In this document: piece after piece, positions 38,032 to 47,335 of the stretch
Numbering within the stretch: the stretch's first letter is position 1
Layout of the letters: each line of letters opens with the position of its first letter
DNA from: Limisphaerales bacterium
Lineage (GTDB): Bacteria > Verrucomicrobiota > Verrucomicrobiia > Limisphaerales > UBA11358
Reading direction: 5' to 3'
Assembly: GCA_003134375.1 (NCBI GenBank)
Contig: PLAY01000151.1
Span: 1 to 59,113, forward strand
DNA: 59,113 nt
The notes under the pieces: generated by a model
Told to the model about the DNA's origin: nothing
What the model saw: only the letters and a program-made list of their open reading frames with translations
Database searches by the model: none
Program-made: the position numbers and the translations under genes

Positions 38032-38102
38032 TCCTCGTGGGCTAAAGTCGAAACGACTTTAGCCTGTTCGCTTCCTATTCTTGCAGGTGATTACCTTGCT
38101 CT

Positions 38103-38357
38103 ATGCCACAGAGCACACAAAAACACGAATTGGCCCGGCAACCCGCCGGGGAAACTGAAACCGCAATCCCGCCACACGACACAGGATTCATTGACCAAAA
38201 GGAACTGCTGCGGCGATTGCCGGTGGCGCGCAGAACACTCCACAATTGGAGGCGGGCGGGAAAAATCCCCAGCATTGTGATTGGCCGGCGCGTCCTATTC
38301 TGCTGGGAAAATGTTGCGGCGGCGTTGCGCCGATTGGAACGCGGGAACGCGCAATGA
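38103..38357 (+). CDS. Excisionase-like HTH protein
   Basis: FIDQKELLRRLPVARRTLHNWRRAGKIPSIVIGRRVLF. Confidence 0.85.
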   Translation: MPQSTQKHELARQPAGETETAIPPHDTGFIDQKELLRRLPVARRTLHNWRRAGKIPSIVIGRRVLFCWENVAAALRRLERGNAQ

Positions 38358-38483
38358 TAGTGCTAAACATCGTCAATGCCTCGTGATCGTTGGAACTAGC
38401 AGTAAGGTGATTGTGAGGTCGCTTTCCAAAGCCAGTGGCGACGGACGCCGCGGCGTCAATGATTCGATCCACCGCCGAGGCCG

Positions 38484-39710
38484 TTGCCCGCCGGGAAACG
38501 CGGCGACGGAAAGAAAGTTGTGATTGGTAAATTTTTCACGTTCCCACTTTGCGTCCTGGCGATGCCGCTCAACGAAAAGGAAATTTTGCAGCATATCGTT
38601 TCGCACTCGATTGAACGTGCTGGCGCTGGTGCTGGTGCCGAAAGGATTGATTCAAATAGAATCCGTGAATACCTAAATGGCGACAGGGTGCAGGATTACA
38701 ATCGTAGCGCACGCCACGATCAATTCGTTCGTGGCGCAATCATTACTGGTGTCAATCTTGGCAATTTTAGTTCCAACTGCAAACGCTGTGACGCTGCGCA
38801 GAAGTTCATTAGCGAACGCGAATTTAAGCACGGGCGTGACCCGTTGGTTTTCATCGCATCGGGAATCTTCTGGAGCTGCCACGATGACGCGGGATTGAGT
38901 TATCGGGAGTTTTCAACCGCGTGTGCGGTCAATTCCATTATCGGATTTAAAAAGACTCCTGTGCTTATTCGGCGAGCCATGATTATCGCCCGGCAACTTG
39001 GGTATAAAACGCCGCAGGTCATGGCGGCGGAATTGACCACTGATCCAGCCAAACGACAGCCGCTATCCGTCCAACGGCTACGCGATACGCTGGACAATTT
39101 GGAAAGACGTGACCTTTTTAGACGATGCCAGGCCGGACGCCGGACGGTTTATTTCAGCACCACCCTCGACGCCGAGCAGTTACGGCAGGCGGTGAAAGAA
39201 TTAAAAGAGCGCAACATCAAGGTGCGGCTACGCCGTGAACTCGACCGCGCCACATTTGGAAAGAACCACTCAGGAACCACTCAGGAACCACTTAAAAACA
39301 AGGAACCAGTGGAGAACCAATTGGAAACCGCCACCGGAACCACCGGAGGAACCACTAAAAGAAATGCTTTAAACAAATGCCCCTTAACAAATGCTTTAAA
39401 ACAAGAGCGAGATACGGGGCGCGCGCCAAGCGGTTCTGTTTTAGTTGAAGATTTGGTTGAGTCAGTTGCCAGGGGTACGACTGAAAGCATTTACCCCGAA
39501 GGCGGAGAACCATCGCTAGACGATGTTCGGGTGTTTATGGAAAACCTGTTTCGTGGGGCTGGTGAATTTGCCCACGAATGGCTTAAACGGATGCAAGATC
39601 AAGCTTGGAAAGACCAACGAAGCCGACCCGTGCGGGACTGGAAAAAGCTCGCAGCGAGTTGGGCGAGTGGATGCGAAAAGCGAAAGCGGGGCGTTGTGCG
39701 CCAACGGTGA
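38484..39710 (+). CDS. Putative replication initiator (HTH plus phage-type C-terminal domain)
   Basis: Central wHTH-like segment, internal iteron tract, C-terminus PSLDDVR...VRDWKKLAASW; the start may be the ATG at 38562. Confidence 0.7.
   Translation: MPAGKRGDGKKVVIGKFFTFPLCVLAMPLNEKEILQHIVSHSIERAGAGAGAERIDSNRIREYLNGDRVQDYNRSARHDQFVRGAIITGVNLGNFSSNCKRCDAAQKFISEREFKHGRDPLVFIASGIFWSCHDDAGLSYREFSTACAVNSIIGFKKTPVLIRRAMIIARQLGYKTPQVMAAELTTDPAKRQPLSVQRLRDTLDNLERRDLFRRCQAGRRTVYFSTTLDAEQLRQAVKELKERNIKVRLRRELDRATFGKNHSGTTQEPLKNKEPVENQLETATGTTGGTTKRNALNKCPLTNALKQERDTGRAPSGSVLVEDLVESVARGTTESIYPEGGEPSLDDVRVFMENLFRGAGEFAHEWLKRMQDQAWKDQRSRPVRDWKKLAASWASGCEKRKRGVVRQR
39263..39403 (+). repeat. Iteron array plus AT-rich tract inside the rep gene (candidate origin)
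   Basis: Seven GAACCA copies at 39263-39354, including tandem CAGGAACCACT x2, followed by AAATGC x3 in an AT-rich stretch. Confidence 0.7.
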
Positions 39711-39713
39711 ACC

Positions 39714-40346
39714 ATGAAAACACCAAACCAACCACATCCCGACGCGGCCGACTTGCTGGTTTTTGCCAACTTGATTCAAGGCCATGCCCGGCGACTCGAA
39801 AACATGGGTGTGTGGCAGGACGTGCAACGTCGAAGTTCCAACGCCGGGGCGGAAGGGGAATCCCGGAGCCTTGCTGGACTGATACGCCTCGTTCAAGCGT
39901 CACGGGTGGCCGAAAACGACGCCGATAAAGACTTTTTGATCATATGCCTAATGGGGGAAAGTTTTGCGGACACCATATTTGAAAATGACCCGGAGTTGGA
40001 CGAATTACACGCCAAAATGAGAGCCGTCGAAAAGCGCGAACGATTGCCCAAATCTTATGAATTTGATCCAGAGCATCCTGAAACACCAGCGGACTGGAAA
40101 CAACTGAACGCCCAACGGCATGACCGTTTTAGGGAAGTTGAGAGGCTGTATGACAATCGGTTCACAGGCTGGTTGCGTCGCCACGGCGAAACCGCCATGG
40201 CGGACTTGTATCTGAACGACCGGACAGCTTTCGACCGCCGCCGCGAGGCCGCACGCCTTCTTGTTTTCGGACCGGTCCCTGAAAAAGATACCGACCCAGT
40301 GCAGGGGGACACCGGGCTTACTGAAGTAGTCGGAGTGGATGAATGA
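39714..40346 (+). CDS. Hypothetical protein
   Basis: 210-aa ORF in the rep operon. Confidence 0.75.
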   Translation: MKTPNQPHPDAADLLVFANLIQGHARRLENMGVWQDVQRRSSNAGAEGESRSLAGLIRLVQASRVAENDADKDFLIICLMGESFADTIFENDPELDELHAKMRAVEKRERLPKSYEFDPEHPETPADWKQLNAQRHDRFREVERLYDNRFTGWLRRHGETAMADLYLNDRTAFDRRREAARLLVFGPVPEKDTDPVQGDTGLTEVVGVDE

Positions 40347-40735
40347 AAAATCCTGCCAAAAAGTCATGTGCAGCGACGAAACGCGACGGCATGGGCTGCC
40401 AGGCTGCCGCGCTGCCAGGGTCGCAATTCTGTTTCTTTCACGATCCAGCAAAAGCCATAGCCAGACGGAAGGCGCAATCGGCTGGTGGACGCGAGAATCG
40501 GATGCGCACGCTACCCGCTGACGCGCCGGACGTTAAAGTTCAGGACGGTGCCGACGTGGTGCGACTCCTTTCGGATACGATCAACCAGGTCCGCCGGGGC
40601 GAAATTGATCCGCGTGTGGCCAACACGGTCGGATATTTGAGCAACATTGTACTGGCCGCCACGGGCCAGCATGAACTGGAAAGCCGCCTTGCCGAATTGG
40701 AATCACTGCTCAAGCCTCGAAGGCGATCAATGTGA
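40343..40735 (+). CDS. C3H zinc-finger plus coiled-coil protein (phage/satellite type)
   Basis: CAATKRDGMGC...FCFFH and C-terminal ELESRLAELE; ATGA-coupled to the upstream gene. Confidence 0.8.
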   Translation: MKNPAKKSCAATKRDGMGCQAAALPGSQFCFFHDPAKAIARRKAQSAGGRENRMRTLPADAPDVKVQDGADVVRLLSDTINQVRRGEIDPRVANTVGYLSNIVLAATGQHELESRLAELESLLKPRRRSM

Positions 40736-40756
40736 CACGAAGGAGAAACAATTTTA

Positions 40757-41710
40757 ATGATGACCACGGCACATAAGCGCTTGGACAAGATTGAAACATT
40801 TCTTACGCCGAAGGAATGGGCCATCCGGCTGGTGGATGAAATACGGAGTTATCCCAGTTTATTCGACCACTTTAAGGCCCTGGTAAAGTTGCCCTTTAAC
40901 GAACGTCCCGATCAGCGGGCATTTGGGGCCTTGAAAGAACAGGCCGGCAAACAGCATCCCGGCCGGAAACCAGAGGACATCCAAGTCAGGCAGCGCCTGA
41001 CATCCGCGTTGTGGGATGAGTTTCACACGCTGAAGCTTCTGATTATTTCGGTCAATCAAACGATGCAGGCCAAATTGGAAAGAATCAGCTTGGAGGCGGG
41101 GTTGAAGTTGTTCGCGCTTCACTCGCTAATTTTGGAGGAAGCCTTCGCGCAAACGGCTTCACAGACCATCGCTTGGATCAAGCCGCACAAGTGCGCCGGT
41201 GCCGATGTTGGACAACAGCACCAGACCGTGCTCAAGCAATTGTCCGCATTCACGGAAATTGGCATACTACAAATGCCATTCAAGAGCTTGCAGCCCGAAA
41301 ACAAGTCAATGGACTTCCCCTCGCCACTGGAAGAGTGGAGCGGCGAACTTACCGCGCTGCTACGGGATTTTTTCTCACATCTCGCCGCCATCAAATTGGT
41401 TCAGGACAAACATTTCGACGGGCATCCAATGCTGTGCCGGGACTTGGAAACCAAGTTGACGGAATTGACACGAACGATTGAAAGTGCCGTCGCCCTGGCC
41501 AACGAATACCTGAAACGCCGGGCTGAAATAAACCGTGGAACACGCGAGACCAATCTGGCCATCGCGCTTGAATCCATCAAAGCCAGCGTCAATGGTCAAC
41601 GGGCTGCCAACATCGCAGAAAAATGGTGGCACGATGTCAAGCTGGAGGCGCTAGAATCCGACGCGGAGCGATGGGAGCAGCGCCGGCAAGAATTTGGGGC
41701 GAACGATTGA
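40757..41710 (+). CDS. Hypothetical helical protein
   Basis: 317-aa ORF ending the rep operon. Confidence 0.8.
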   Translation: MMTTAHKRLDKIETFLTPKEWAIRLVDEIRSYPSLFDHFKALVKLPFNERPDQRAFGALKEQAGKQHPGRKPEDIQVRQRLTSALWDEFHTLKLLIISVNQTMQAKLERISLEAGLKLFALHSLILEEAFAQTASQTIAWIKPHKCAGADVGQQHQTVLKQLSAFTEIGILQMPFKSLQPENKSMDFPSPLEEWSGELTALLRDFFSHLAAIKLVQDKHFDGHPMLCRDLETKLTELTRTIESAVALANEYLKRRAEINRGTRETNLAIALESIKASVNGQRAANIAEKWWHDVKLEALESDAERWEQRRQEFGAND

Positions 41711-42121
41711 AACCGACCACTCAGAGTCCGGAGACTGGCCGGAATATACCCACCTCGCAGATCAACATCGCCCGTGAAGGTGGCAAGCAAGTCAACATTC
41801 AAGGCGATACACCTTGCCAGCGGTGAACATCCGGCGGCGGTTCCTGACACGGCGGAGGCCATGTAGCACTTGCCAGCCGCTAATCCTTGCCTATGCAGTT
41901 AAACACCATCAAACACGCCCAGCCGGTTGAGGCGAGCAAGACATTGACGCGACAACCGGCGACACATAATCGGCCTCTGATTCGCGCGCACGGCTTCAAC
42001 GCGGATGTGTCACGATTTTTTCCGGGCATTTGACTGGACACTGCCCGGAACCTTCCCGGCAGTTGCCCGGATGCTGCCCGGACATTTCAGCGGATAAACC
42101 GCCGGATAGACGCCGATAATA

Positions 42122-42550
42122 TCACCGGCTGTTCGGTTGATGAGGCGCGTGTGTAACTGGTGCAGGTTTTGGCGCAACGTAGGGGTGATACAAGTCCATG
42201 TTGACGGTGGTTTCATCCAGCGAGTGCGCGCCGGGAGCACACAGACCAATGCCGGGGAATAAGACAAGCACGAATCCAACGACATCTAAAAAGCCGGTTC
42301 CGTTCAGGTGATTTTCAATGATCCGCTGTTGTGGCTCGAAACCTTCGCTTTCGCACTGGATATAGACGGGCAAATCGCGGCGGACGGGCACTTGTGCGGG
42401 CGGGTGGTATTTTATGCCGTTAATCGTCAGCATGGCATTTTGCGGATTGGTGGTTACGGTCATAATTTGTGTGCTGCTGCGAAATGCCGAACAGCCGGTC
42501 ACGGCGATTAGACCAATGGTGATGATGGATTGAAGGATTTGGTTTTTCAT
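42122..42550 (-). CDS. Lipoprotein with PEGA-like domain
   Basis: Lipobox IAVTGC; VTTNPQNAMLTING beta pattern; C-terminal hydrophobic segment. Confidence 0.8.
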   Translation of the reverse strand: MKNQILQSIITIGLIAVTGCSAFRSSTQIMTVTTNPQNAMLTINGIKYHPPAQVPVRRDLPVYIQCESEGFEPQQRIIENHLNGTGFLDVVGFVLVLFPGIGLCAPGAHSLDETTVNMDLYHPYVAPKPAPVTHAPHQPNSR

Positions 42551-42565
42551 TGTTTGGTCATTGTT

Positions 42566-42958
42566 TCATTGGTAAAGACTTTCAGCGTTGACGAAAAAAT
42601 AAGAGCCGTTAGGTAGTTTTTTGGCCCACTGAATTTTGTTGTCCTCATCCGGGTTTGGTCGCGCTTCCAAAATATACTCATCGTGATGCCACCAGTGATC
42701 CCGCGTAACATGCAATCTCGTTGCGTCTCCCTCCATTATTTCGACATCCTTACGATTCTCGCTGCAAGATGAATAGCCCACCGCACACAACGCCGCAAAA
42801 AGCAGCCAAGAAACAACCCTCCTGAGCGAAGCCCCTTCCTCCACTTTGCTCAGCGTATTTCTTAATACGTGGTTTTCAAACTCGATTTGCTTTGTCCACT
42901 CTTCTACTGAAAACGCAGTTTCGCGCGGACGCCCATCCGGTGGATTGTTTGAAATCAT
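42566..42958 (-). CDS. Small membrane or lipoprotein-like hypothetical protein
   Basis: Start at MISNNPP; coiled segment then hydrophobic helix. Confidence 0.65.
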   Translation of the reverse strand: MISNNPPDGRPRETAFSVEEWTKQIEFENHVLRNTLSKVEEGASLRRVVSWLLFAALCAVGYSSCSENRKDVEIMEGDATRLHVTRDHWWHHDEYILEARPNPDEDNKIQWAKKLPNGSYFFVNAESLYQ

Positions 42959-43006
42959 AAAATTTATGCTGGTTGGAAAATCTCTTTGAGCGAAACACGG
43001 ATCTAC

Positions 43007-43034
43007 AAAAAAGGGGCGCGAACTTAACGCGCCC
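43007..43034 (-). terminator. Rho-independent terminator upstream of 42566-42958
   Basis: GGGCGCG-TTAAGTT-CGCGCCC followed by CTTTTTT on the minus strand. Confidence 0.8.
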
Positions 43035-43447
43035 TCGTCTGCGGCACCGCGAAGCGCCTTGGAGAGAAACACGAAAAGCCGCGCCCGGTCGGGCGCGCGC
43101 TTGGTCGGTTCTCTCCACAAAATTCGCGGTTTTCAGACGAGACCGTAGCCGAGCTACGCAAAATTATTTTGGTAAATGGTTTTCTGTTTTTTTGATTTTC
43201 TTGTCGCAGCGAGTTTAGAGCGGTCTGCGCCGCATGACAATTCCCGTTTTGGATTGCTACCCGGCCGCAATGGTGTGAGATTGCCCCCGACCGCGCCCGT
43301 AACTAACACCGTCCGCACCGCTGACGAACTCAGCGCCGAACGCCAAAGAGGGCGAGTCCTGGGAAATCCAGGTATGACGGCGGAAGCGGGTTCAAATCCC
43401 GCTCTCGGCGCGGTTCTAATTTCAGGCGACTCGATGCACCGGCAACG

Positions 43448-43645
43448 ATGAAAACCAACTACCTCAAAACTGGCGCGCGCCGCCGCCGCAAAACTTTTGC
43501 TGACGGTAGCCATGTGATCGTGAGTAGCAGCGGCTACGAAATCTTTGAGGGCATCCCAAAATTCAAAAAGGCCAAGCTGAAACCGCGCGCCAAGCGCAAG
43601 TCACCGTCATCTTCGCAAAGCAATTCTCCGGGCGCAGAATCATAG
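43448..43645 (+). CDS. Small basic hypothetical protein
   Basis: 65 aa, Lys/Arg-rich; the 3' end runs into repeat copy C. Confidence 0.35.
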   Translation: MKTNYLKTGARRRRKTFADGSHVIVSSSGYEIFEGIPKFKKAKLKPRAKRKSPSSSQSNSPGAES

Positions 43646-43732
43646 AGGCAAAATCCCGGAAGCCGGGGATAGTTGGGCGAGCGAGGGGTGCCAGCCCTCT
43701 GGCGTGAACGAATGAAGCCCATCTCCGACGCT

Positions 43733-44362
43733 TTAGCCAAGAGCCAAACGCCGGAGTTGCTCGTAAGCTTTGCTGGTTACGGCGGGTGGATTCAGAGTTC
43801 CAGGGATGTGCCCGAAAATGTCCCGCATCATCGCTTCGGTAATGGCCGGCGGGTGATGCAATTCACAAAACAGCGGCTCGCAAGCGTGGAAAATGCTCCA
43901 GGTCTTTGCCCGCAGTCGGTAAATGGCGTCCCAGTGGCGAAGATCATTGTGATAGCGGTCGGTCTTTTCCAGTGCAAGCGGCGGATTGCCCGGCACCATG
44001 CAGTTGCTCGGCAAGGGCTGTCCTTGGATGCGATACCAGTCGGCGGCGGCGGCATGGGATTCAAATGACGCCCGAATTTTCAGAATTGCGACCAGTCGCC
44101 AGTGACCTTCGGCAGCATTGAAATAACGCGCCTTGCGGGTGATGTTAACAACCGTGTCGCCGACCCGCAGACGCGGGGCGAAATGCCCACATCGGCAAAG
44201 GGCAGAGATTGATGGAAATTTCGACTCGAAATCAGGCTCACGTCGGCACGATGCGTCCACAAATGGCGACAACTTAAAATCCGCAATAGCCGCTCTGCCA
44301 TTCGGTGACTCAATCAGGGGCCGAAATGAGCAGAGGTATTTCACCTTTGACGGGTTCCTCAA
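43733..44362 (-). CDS. Hypothetical protein, possibly Nmad2/ASCH-PUA-like
   Basis: PFVDASCRREPDF...ISALCR...RLRVGDTVV pattern; ATGA-coupled to the PIN-like gene. Confidence 0.75.
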   Translation of the reverse strand: MRNPSKVKYLCSFRPLIESPNGRAAIADFKLSPFVDASCRREPDFESKFPSISALCRCGHFAPRLRVGDTVVNITRKARYFNAAEGHWRLVAILKIRASFESHAAAADWYRIQGQPLPSNCMVPGNPPLALEKTDRYHNDLRHWDAIYRLRAKTWSIFHACEPLFCELHHPPAITEAMMRDIFGHIPGTLNPPAVTSKAYEQLRRLALG

Positions 44363-45200
44363 TGAGATGATAATTCTATTGTAATGGGATTCCCATTGTT
44401 CACGGTCACATCGGCAACTTTAAAAAAGTCTGGTAGTTCTTCGTTGAAGCGGAGTGTAAAAGTTGATTCCAGATTTAGAGTTTCGTTGAATCCTTCAAAC
44501 TGATCCCCGACACCATATTCGTCCCCCAGAAACAAAGCATCGCCCTCGAACTGGACGACTAACTCTAATCGAACCGTTGCTTGGCGTGGCTGCAAATTAA
44601 AAACCAATGTGTTAGTAACTTCAAAAATGTCGGAAGAAAGGCCGCCAACATCGAACATGCGGCCATGATAAGAAACAAAATCTAATTTATCTATGGCCTT
44701 TCCAATTATTTTGCAAATGGAAACCATATTCTTATCCACTAACCGGCGAACAAAATTTGAAACTTTGGTGTGCGAGTTATACTGGCTTAATAGTTCCTCA
44801 ACACCTTGGATTATATGAAATCGCTCGTCTGCACCGACAAAATCGGGGTCACAGGACACAATGTAAATTCCATTCGATGCATCGGGCAACCTTTTCAATG
44901 CCTCAATCACAAATGCGTCACGAAATTCATCTTTCTTTTCTACGGAAAACGGTTTTTCTCGTTTGAAGTATTTGTCAATTACGATTGGTGTAGCATCATT
45001 AGGTATCGGCAGGACAGTCACCTTTGCGGATTCAAAGAATTTTGAGACTTTGGATTGCAATGCTCCCTCTACAGATTCAGGAGTCACTTTATTCAACGCA
45101 TCTAGGTCATATTTAATTCCCATCAAATCCAAGGCAATTGGTTTGCTCCTTAATCTTTCTAAAGCCTTGTAATAACCATCTGCGTGCTCACTAATCCGCG
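44359..45200 (-). pseudogene. PIN-like (DUF4935-type) protein lacking its N-terminus
   Basis: KYF...KPF...KKDEFRDAFVIEAL and IVSCDPDF motifs; the frame is open to about 45200, where it meets the end of the MTase gene with no native start. Confidence 0.7.
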
Positions 45201-47335
45201 TTCATCTGTGCCTTGATCGTCGTCACGCCCGGCCAGTTCAATTCGTCAATGTCCTTCGCGGCTTCGGGATCAAATTGAAACGCGGCGAAAACGATCAACT
45301 GCGGCCGCGGCACGAGTTTACGCGCTTCTTCCAAAGCCATTTCCACCTGCTTTTGTTCCAGCGGCGCGTGTTCCGGGCCGAAGGAAATGACGGCGCGTTG
45401 CCGGTCTTTTGCCGCGCCCTCTCGCAACTTGGCGACGCCTTCGTCATTCGGCCTGGTCTCGGCGTCGGCGTGCAACCAGCGCGTGCCGGAGAATGGTTCG
45501 ACGCGGGAAAAATGAATCATCTGCCCGCCCTTGCCACGGATGCCGGCGCGCAACAATTCGCTGCGCCACTCGTCTTGGCGGATGGTTGCGCCGGAGCGGG
45601 CGACCGATTCATCGGCGGGCATGGGCGCGGCGGTTTCTTCACCGGACAACTCGCCAGGCGATTTCACCATCGGTGCGGGGACTGCTTCGACGGTGAACGG
45701 GCCGGTCACGCGCGTTTTGCCGGTGTCCACGAGCGGCTGGTCGTAAAGCGTTTCCGGTTCGGGCGGTTCGTTGTTGGCAATGCTTTTGAGCGTGACGTGC
45801 GGCACGGTTTTGTAACGCAGGCCGCTGTCCACGCCTTCGTCGGGATGCGCCAGTTGAAAATACTCAAACACCGCCGTCATCAATCGCTGTTTGGCGAGCG
45901 TGAGCGCGACGCGGGAAGTGTCGCAAGTCATCCAACGGCGTCCCCATTGTTCCGCCACAACTGCCGTCGTGCCACTGCCGCAAGTGATGTCCAAAACCAA
46001 ATCGCCGGGGTCGGTTGTCATCAGAAGGCACCGTTCGACAACCTTTGTGTTTGTCTCAACGACATATTGCTTCTTTCGCGCAAAACCGCTGGTCGCAGTG
46101 TCGTCCCAGACCGTGTTAATTGGTGACACTGGAAAGTCATCTAGGTATCGCTTGTAGCGCAGCGTGTCCCCGACGGCCATCAAACGATTTCGTTCCGCCA
46201 ATTTTTGCATTCCAGCAGGAGTTGTTTTCCAATGCGAGTTTGCCGGTAACTTAAACTCTTTACCTTTCCATTTGAAAGGCACGGATGAGTCACCGCTGAT
46301 TCCTTGCGATGTGATATTGTCGTGAACGAGCAGCCGCCAGCCGTCTGGAATCAAGCGTGGATTCGCAATTTCCTCCTCGGTTAGTTCGCGCAGCGTTTTC
46401 CCGTCCGGCGACTCTATCAGTTGGTAGCGTCCTATCCCATCGGGGCCAACCCTATCTTGGAAAAGCTTTCTGTTCTTTACTCGCGGAATGTCTTTGCAAT
46501 ACCAAACCAGATAGTCGCAGACAGTGCTGAGAAGTTTTGCCGCCTGTCCGCCGGTTGTCTTGAATGCGATTAAGCCGCAGAAATTCTTCACGCCGAATAC
46601 TTCGTCGCAAATTTCCCGGACGTGATGCACGTTTTCATCGGAGATTTGCACGAACACCGAGCCAGATTCGTGCAGAAGTTCGCGGGCGAGCAGCAGGCGG
46701 TCGCGTAGATAGCTCAAGTAGGAGTGCAGGCCAAGTTCCCAGGTATCGCGGAAGGCTTTCACCATTTCCGGTTCGGCGGTCAGGTCTTCATCCTTGCCGT
46801 CCTTCACTTCACGCTTGTTGACGAAGGGCTGGAAGTTCGAACCATATTTGATGCCGTAAGGCGGGTCGAAATAAAGCATCTGCACCTGGCCGGCCATGTC
46901 CTCCTTTTCCAGCAGCGAGTTCATCACCAGCAAACTGTCGCCCGCGATGAAGCGGTTGCTCCAGTTGTGCGCGTGCTTGTAAAACTCAATCGCCTCGCGC
47001 AACGGCGGGTTTTCCGTCTTGGAACCGAACAGGGAAAGTTGCGCGTAGTCGCTGCCGTTTTTCTTCCGCACGGCCTCGATTATGGCGCGCGGGTCAATAC
47101 GCTCGTGAACGTGCAGCGAGACGGTGGGAATCTCAAAGCTGGTGCGCTCGGCTTTACCCGCCCAAACCAGCGTCGGGTCCAGGTGCGGATCGTAAGCATA
47201 GGTCTTCTTCCCCTCGACCGCATCGCTCTTGGCGTCCACGAGGCCGACGGGCGGGTTATTGATGCGCTTCTTGCCCTTGTGATCGTATTGCTCGATGGGC
47301 TTTTTCTTTGTCGTCGTGTCGGTTCGTTTCGCCAT
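45191..47335 (-). CDS. Site-specific DNA methyltransferase (N6-adenine, Type III Mod-like), C-terminally truncated
   Basis: YFDPPY motif IV and DITCGSGTT motif I; ends abruptly at IKAQMNAD; no restriction subunit follows. Confidence 0.9.
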   Translation of the reverse strand: MAKRTDTTTKKKPIEQYDHKGKKRINNPPVGLVDAKSDAVEGKKTYAYDPHLDPTLVWAGKAERTSFEIPTVSLHVHERIDPRAIIEAVRKKNGSDYAQLSLFGSKTENPPLREAIEFYKHAHNWSNRFIAGDSLLVMNSLLEKEDMAGQVQMLYFDPPYGIKYGSNFQPFVNKREVKDGKDEDLTAEPEMVKAFRDTWELGLHSYLSYLRDRLLLARELLHESGSVFVQISDENVHHVREICDEVFGVKNFCGLIAFKTTGGQAAKLLSTVCDYLVWYCKDIPRVKNRKLFQDRVGPDGIGRYQLIESPDGKTLRELTEEEIANPRLIPDGWRLLVHDNITSQGISGDSSVPFKWKGKEFKLPANSHWKTTPAGMQKLAERNRLMAVGDTLRYKRYLDDFPVSPINTVWDDTATSGFARKKQYVVETNTKVVERCLLMTTDPGDLVLDITCGSGTTAVVAEQWGRRWMTCDTSRVALTLAKQRLMTAVFEYFQLAHPDEGVDSGLRYKTVPHVTLKSIANNEPPEPETLYDQPLVDTGKTRVTGPFTVEAVPAPMVKSPGELSGEETAAPMPADESVARSGATIRQDEWRSELLRAGIRGKGGQMIHFSRVEPFSGTRWLHADAETRPNDEGVAKLREGAAKDRQRAVISFGPEHAPLEQKQVEMALEEARKLVPRPQLIVFAAFQFDPEAAKDIDELNWPGVTTIKAQMNAD

